Assembly (NCBI GenBank): GCA_951406725.2
Contig: OX597820.1
Span: 94,240,001 to 94,304,000, forward strand
Direction: 5' to 3'
From: Octopus vulgaris
Taxonomy: Eukaryota
Length of the DNA: 64,000 bases
The translations under genes were made by a program, and so were the position numbers. The notes under the pieces are model-generated. The model saw only the letters and a program-made list of their open reading frames with translations, ran no database searches and was not told the DNA's origin. Shown here piece after piece: positions 59,233-64,000 of this stretch (its first letter is position 1; each line of letters opens with the position of its first letter).

Positions 59233-59449
59233 TATAAGTCACGGTCGTACTAGCAGAATCCCACGTCATGTAAGATATGTATTTTTTTTTTATTCAGTCT
59301 GTATTACGCTATGTTGGTAAGTAAACGATTACTCTTTTTATTCATAACTAAAGAAACAGACCAGTTACTGATGTAGGATGGCAGAGTCGGCATAACAGTA
59401 ATATAAAAAACATTTTAAACGGTCATCTACGTACGTCTGCACGTCTTTT

Positions 59450-60237
59450 ATTCTTTTCTACTCTAGAAACAAGGCCCGAAATTTTGGGTGGAGGGGACCA
59501 GTCGATTAGATCGACCCCAGTACGCAACTTTTGCTTAATGTATCGACCCCGAAAGGATGAAAGGAAAAGTTGACGTCGGCGGAATTTGAACTCAGAACGT
59601 AAAGACAGACGAAATATCGCTAAGCATTTCACCCGGCGTGCTAACGTTTCTTATTTCAAGGGGCTAAACATAGAGGAGACAAACAAGGACAGACAAAGGG
59701 ATTAAGTCAATTACATCGACCCCAGTGCGTAACTGGTACTTAATTTATCGACCCTGAAAGGATGAAAGGCAAAGTCGACCTCGGCGGAAATTGAACTCAG
59801 AACGTAAAGACAGACGAAATACCATTTCTTTACTACCCACAAGGGGCTAAACACAGAGAGGACAAACAAGGACAGACAAACGGATTAAGTCGATCATATC
59901 GACTCCGGTGCGTAACTGGTACTTATTTAATCGACTTCGAAAGGATAAAAGGCAAAGTCGACCTCGGCGGAATTTGAACTCAGAACGTAGCGGCAGACGA
60001 AATACCTATTTCTTTACTACCCACAAGGGGCTAAACACAGGGAGGACAAACAAAGACAGACAAACGGATTAAGTTGATTATATCGACCTCTGTGCGTAAC
60101 TGGTGCCTAATTTATCGACCCCGAAAGGATGAAAGGCAAAGTCGACCTCGGCGGAATTTGAACCCAGAACGTAACGGCAAACGAAATACAGCTACGCATT
60201 TCGCCGGTGTGCTAAAGTTTCTGCCAGCTCGCCGCCT
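59450..60237 (-). mobile_element. Tetrameric family C SINE with a single 14-bp TSD
   Basis: Core at 59551, 59756, 59939 and 60123. TSD TCTGCACGTCTTTT at 59436-59449 and 60238-60251. Confidence 0.9.
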
Positions 60238-60329
60238 TCTGCACGTCTTTTGTTGACAACGTCATGTTGTGTATAAAAATATAAATATGGGACATATTTA
60301 GTAATTTAATAAAGCTACTCAAATCTAGC

Positions 60330-61760
60330 AAAAACCAAATGCATTTTAATAAAAATTTTCTCATGTGTTCTCAATAAGCTTTCTTATAAAATTATTCTAT
60401 GAATCAACTTTCTGTTTTCATATCTGCTTCAATGCGGAAATGAAATTATTGACATGCTTGCACTAAATGGTTCTTATTTATTTCAAGCATCACCTGGAAA
60501 ATGGCGGCCTACAGGGAAGCTATGATGTTGTGAGGATGTCGATTAGTCTTCACTTCAATAATGTTCCAAACGTTGTAGACCATTTCAATCAGATAAGTTT
60601 GCAGTTTGAAGTTTGGTGTTATATGACCGTAAAGATTGTCTGACATCAATTTTTGAGATACGTAAGCTTTGTGAGAATGTGCCGAGTCTTGTTGAAACCT
60701 GTATAACCTTCCAATACGAACTTCATCCATCCAAGGTATGACAAATGTCTCCGACACTTCAGCGTATTTAGCAACATTCATTCTAAAACCCTGTGGAATG
60801 ATATGAAGTGGCGTATCCATCACAGTTGCTGGAAACAAGGTGTACATCACTCTAAGGACATGAGAACGATCAGCACATAACTTCTCTCATTTTTCTTGTT
60901 AGGTTTGTTTTTTTCGGGTTTTTTTTTTAACCTTCGTCGAAGATTTTCTCATGAGAGAATTAAGCATGCAACGTTCGTGAAGGTTTTCAACCATGTTAAG
61001 TAATCGCTTGGCACGAATCAAAAAGTCTTCCTGTCTTTATGTGGACTTTAATTGGTTTCTCCTAACTGGAAGGAAGCACTCCGTCGGTTCCGACGACGAG
61101 GGTTCCGGTTGATCCGAATCAACGGAACAGCCTGCTCGTGAAATTAACTTGTAAGTGGCTGAGCATTCCACAGACACGTGTACCCTTAACGTAGTTCTCG
61201 GGGATATTCAGCGTGACATAGAGAGTGACAAGGCCGGCCCTTTAAAATACAGGTACAACAGAAACAGGAAGTAAGAGAGAGAAAGAGTTGTGGAGAAAGA
61301 GTACAGCAGGGATCACCACCACCCCATGCCGGAGCCTCGTGGAGCTTTTAGGTGTTTTCGCTCAATAAACACTCACAACGCCCGGTCTGGGAATCGAAAC
61401 CGCGATCCTACGACCGCGAGTCCGCTGCCCTAACCACTGGGCCATTGCGCCTCCACTTTCTCCTAACTACATACGACTTGTATCGAATGTTGTGCAACAT
61501 AATTCTGATATTCAACTCTGCCAGTTGAAGCTTTTAGTGACGGTCCTCGTTGATCTTCCAGAATCATCACCGATAATGTTTTGAACCCGTTGGATGAATT
61601 GCAGCGTCCTTATAGTGTCCGAACGTGAACTTTGCGAACAAAAAATCCTGCAACATTTAGAAAGTCGGCAATTTCTAAATCATTGTGTTTTGGTCATATG
61701 GCAACAACGACAACATATCTTTTCATTTCTTGAATTAGAATTTTTGTCTACCATGAGATA
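60330..61760 (-). mobile_element. Decayed Tc1/mariner-superfamily transposon (maT/DD37D-like)
   Basis: ORF 60509..60850 has YRFQQDSAHSHKA..VWNIIE..NRHPH; N-terminal QEMKRYVVVVAI..LEIADFLNVA near 61650-61735. Confidence 0.75.
61068..61456 (-). mobile_element. SINE family B1 with 12-bp TSD, nested in the transposase gene
   Basis: TSD TTTCTCCTAACT at 61056-61067 and 61457-61468. Confidence 0.93.
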
Positions 61761-61949
61761 TCTGAAATAAATAAATAAATAAATAAATAGATAAATAAAT
61801 AACACTTTTAGTTGGTTTGAAGAGTGCAATAATTAAGTTTCTTTAAATAACCCTCGCACCCTGTGTGTACACATTCATACACACATACATACATACATAC
61901 ATACATACATACATACATACATACATACATACATACATACATAGGCCTA

Positions 61950-62378
61950 TAGGCGCAGGAGTGGCTGTGTGGTAAGTAGCTTGCTAACCAACCACATGGT
62001 TCCGGGTTCAGTCCTACTGCGTGGCATCTTGGGCAAGTGTCTTCTGCTATAGCCCCGGGCCGACCAATGCCTTGTGAGTGGATTTGGTAGACGGAAACTG
62101 AAAGAAGCCTGTCGTATATATGTATATGTATATATATATAAGATAAGTGTGTGTGTATATGTTTGTGTGTCTGTGTTTGTTCCCCTAGCATTGCTTGACA
62201 ACTGATGCTGGTGTGTTTACGTCCCCGTCACTTAGCGGTTCGGCAAAAGTGACCTATAGAATAAGTACTGGGCTTACAAAGAATAAGTCCCGGGGTCGAT
62301 TTGCTCGACTAAAGGCGGTGCTCCAGTATGGCCGCAGTCAAATGACTGAAACAAGTAAAAGAGTAAAAGAGAAAGAGT
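61950..62378 (+). mobile_element. SINE family A within (TACA)n
   Basis: Full-length match. Confidence 0.92.
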
Positions 62379-62759
62379 ATACATACATACATACATACAT
62401 ACATACATACATACATACATACATGCAAAAATTCCCTGTTGATGTTGAATTTCCAATGATGGAGCCTTGCATCTAGGTTAGAAACCGGCTCTTTCTCTAT
62501 TGGCAGTTGTGTTGGTGGGGGGGGGGTATAATCCGATTAAAGTGGGTGGCGATTGTTGGTCTGGCAGAAGATATCAAAAATCCAGAGTGGATTGATGTAC
62601 GTGCGCGCGAGCGTGCGTGTGTGTGCGTGTGTGTGTGTGTGAGAGCAATATAGACTTAAAGTATATGCATCGTTGACAGGGAAATTACTGCAGTATTTGT
62701 CCGATGTAGGCATGAGTACGTACGAGTGGGCGGACGTGTTTGTGTGCGTGTGTATGTGT

Positions 62760-62826
<67 letters not shown>

Positions 62827-62861
62827 AGTGTACGAGCACGCGCAAGTGTGTGCTTCGAATA

Positions 62862-63830
62862 CTGTATTTCCACTAAAATAAGACCTAACCAGAAAATAAG
62901 ACACAGCATGATTCTCCAGGATGATTCTATTATAAGCCCTTCCCTTATAATAAGCCCTAGTTGAGAGCGGCAGACAGATGAAAGAAATAAGCAACCTCTT
63001 CATATTGATTCAAACCACTTTTTGGCGGATAAAAATAACGACGTCACAAAATCTATCCTGGTGTCTCTTTCGTAACTCAAATATTAGCTAGCTATACATC
63101 AATCGACAGCTCATGTTCGGAGCTTTCAAATGTGTCGTGTAACATTTTCATCAATGGTCAGTAGTGGTCAGTAGATGCAAAAAACAATAAAGTACATTTT
63201 CTTTCAAGGCAAAAATCACCCAGAAAACAACATGATGGAATTGAATGGGAAATCATTTGTCGGGCCATTTTTATTCCAAGACAAGATGAGTGTAAGAAAA
63301 AAAAGTACAAAACAAAATCGTGGAGGAATCACTGGGCAAGAATCTTACAGTTTTCTACAAAGAAAAGAATTTGGATCTCCAAACGGTTCGAAAATGGCGA
63401 GTAGACTACGATAAACTCAGTCAACAAGTGGACGAGGGAAATGCAAAGAATCGCAAGTGTGGATCAGGTCGGCAACCACTATTTTCTGATCTGGAAGACA
63501 TCATCTGTGAATGGGATGCTGACAGAAGAGTAAAGGCTTTGTTTGTTCGCAGGTCAGATATACAAGCATTTGCCCGCGCAAAAAACATGAAGAACTTCCA
63601 TGCCGAAAGAAGAATAGATCAAATCATGATTCTCACAGGAATGACTGCGTATCTCCAAACTCTTGACATTGCAATAAATTAATCATCCAAGGACCATTTA
63701 TACATGAAAATCAAGGACTACACTGGATACAGAATGGTGAGAAATCAGCGTGGAAATTTCGTGGAACCCAGCCTGCAAAGGATCGTAACTTGGTTGACGA
63801 ATTCATGGAACAAAATCACAGCCGGACAAG
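62862..63830 (+). mobile_element. pogo/Tigger-like DNA transposon remnant, internally deleted
   Basis: TA|CTGTATTTCC..ATAAGAC terminus. ORF 63320..63682 joins CENP-B-like GRQPLFSDLEDIICEW directly to DDE-end GMTAYLQTLDIAIN. Confidence 0.78.
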
Positions 63831-63884
63831 AACTTCTCATTCAGTGAGACCTCTATTATTCATTAGATTGGCCACACAAAGAAA

Positions 63885-64000
63885 GGAAGCATGGTTACGG
63901 GTTCAGACACACTGTGTGGCACTTTGGGAAAGTGTCTTCTACGATAGCGTCGGGTCGACCATAGCCTTGTAAGTGGATTTGGTAGACGGAAACTGAAAGA
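63885..64000 (+). mobile_element. SINE family A fragment cut by the window end
   Basis: CATGGTTACGGGTTCAG..AAGTGTCTTCTAC..GTGGATTTGGTAGACGGAAACTGAAAGA. Confidence 0.8.

Noticed and set aside
59450-60237. Regularly spaced repeats resembling an array
   Set aside because: The intervening sequences also repeat; it is a SINE multimer.
62425-62505. Hammerhead-like GAAACCGGCT segment next to (TACA)n
   Set aside because: No CUGANGA core and no NUH site; probably a retroelement end fragment.

Overview
AT-rich, repeat-saturated animal genomic DNA, intergenic or deep intronic. The SINE repertoire and microsatellite density suggest an octopus or other coleoid cephalopod (inferred from recalled sequence, not searched). 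I found no intact host gene, rRNA, tRNA gene or CRISPR array; most ORFs in the track are microsatellite or SINE artefacts. The window holds about 35 tRNA-derived SINE copies or fragments (my labels A, B1, B2, C, D/E), decayed DNA transposons (mariner, a mariner fold-back, maT-like, pogo-like, and a 4.2-kb hAT with TIRs and an 8-bp TSD) and decayed non-LTR retroelements (Tx1/L1-like, CR1/L2-like, R4/Dong-like, Penelope/Neptune-like). The most notable signal is six well-formed and several degenerate minimal type-I hammerhead ribozyme motifs. They sit in short non-coding elements embedded in (TA)n tracts, and several keep a palindromic stem III despite different sequence. All coordinates were read by eye and decayed-element ends are approximate.
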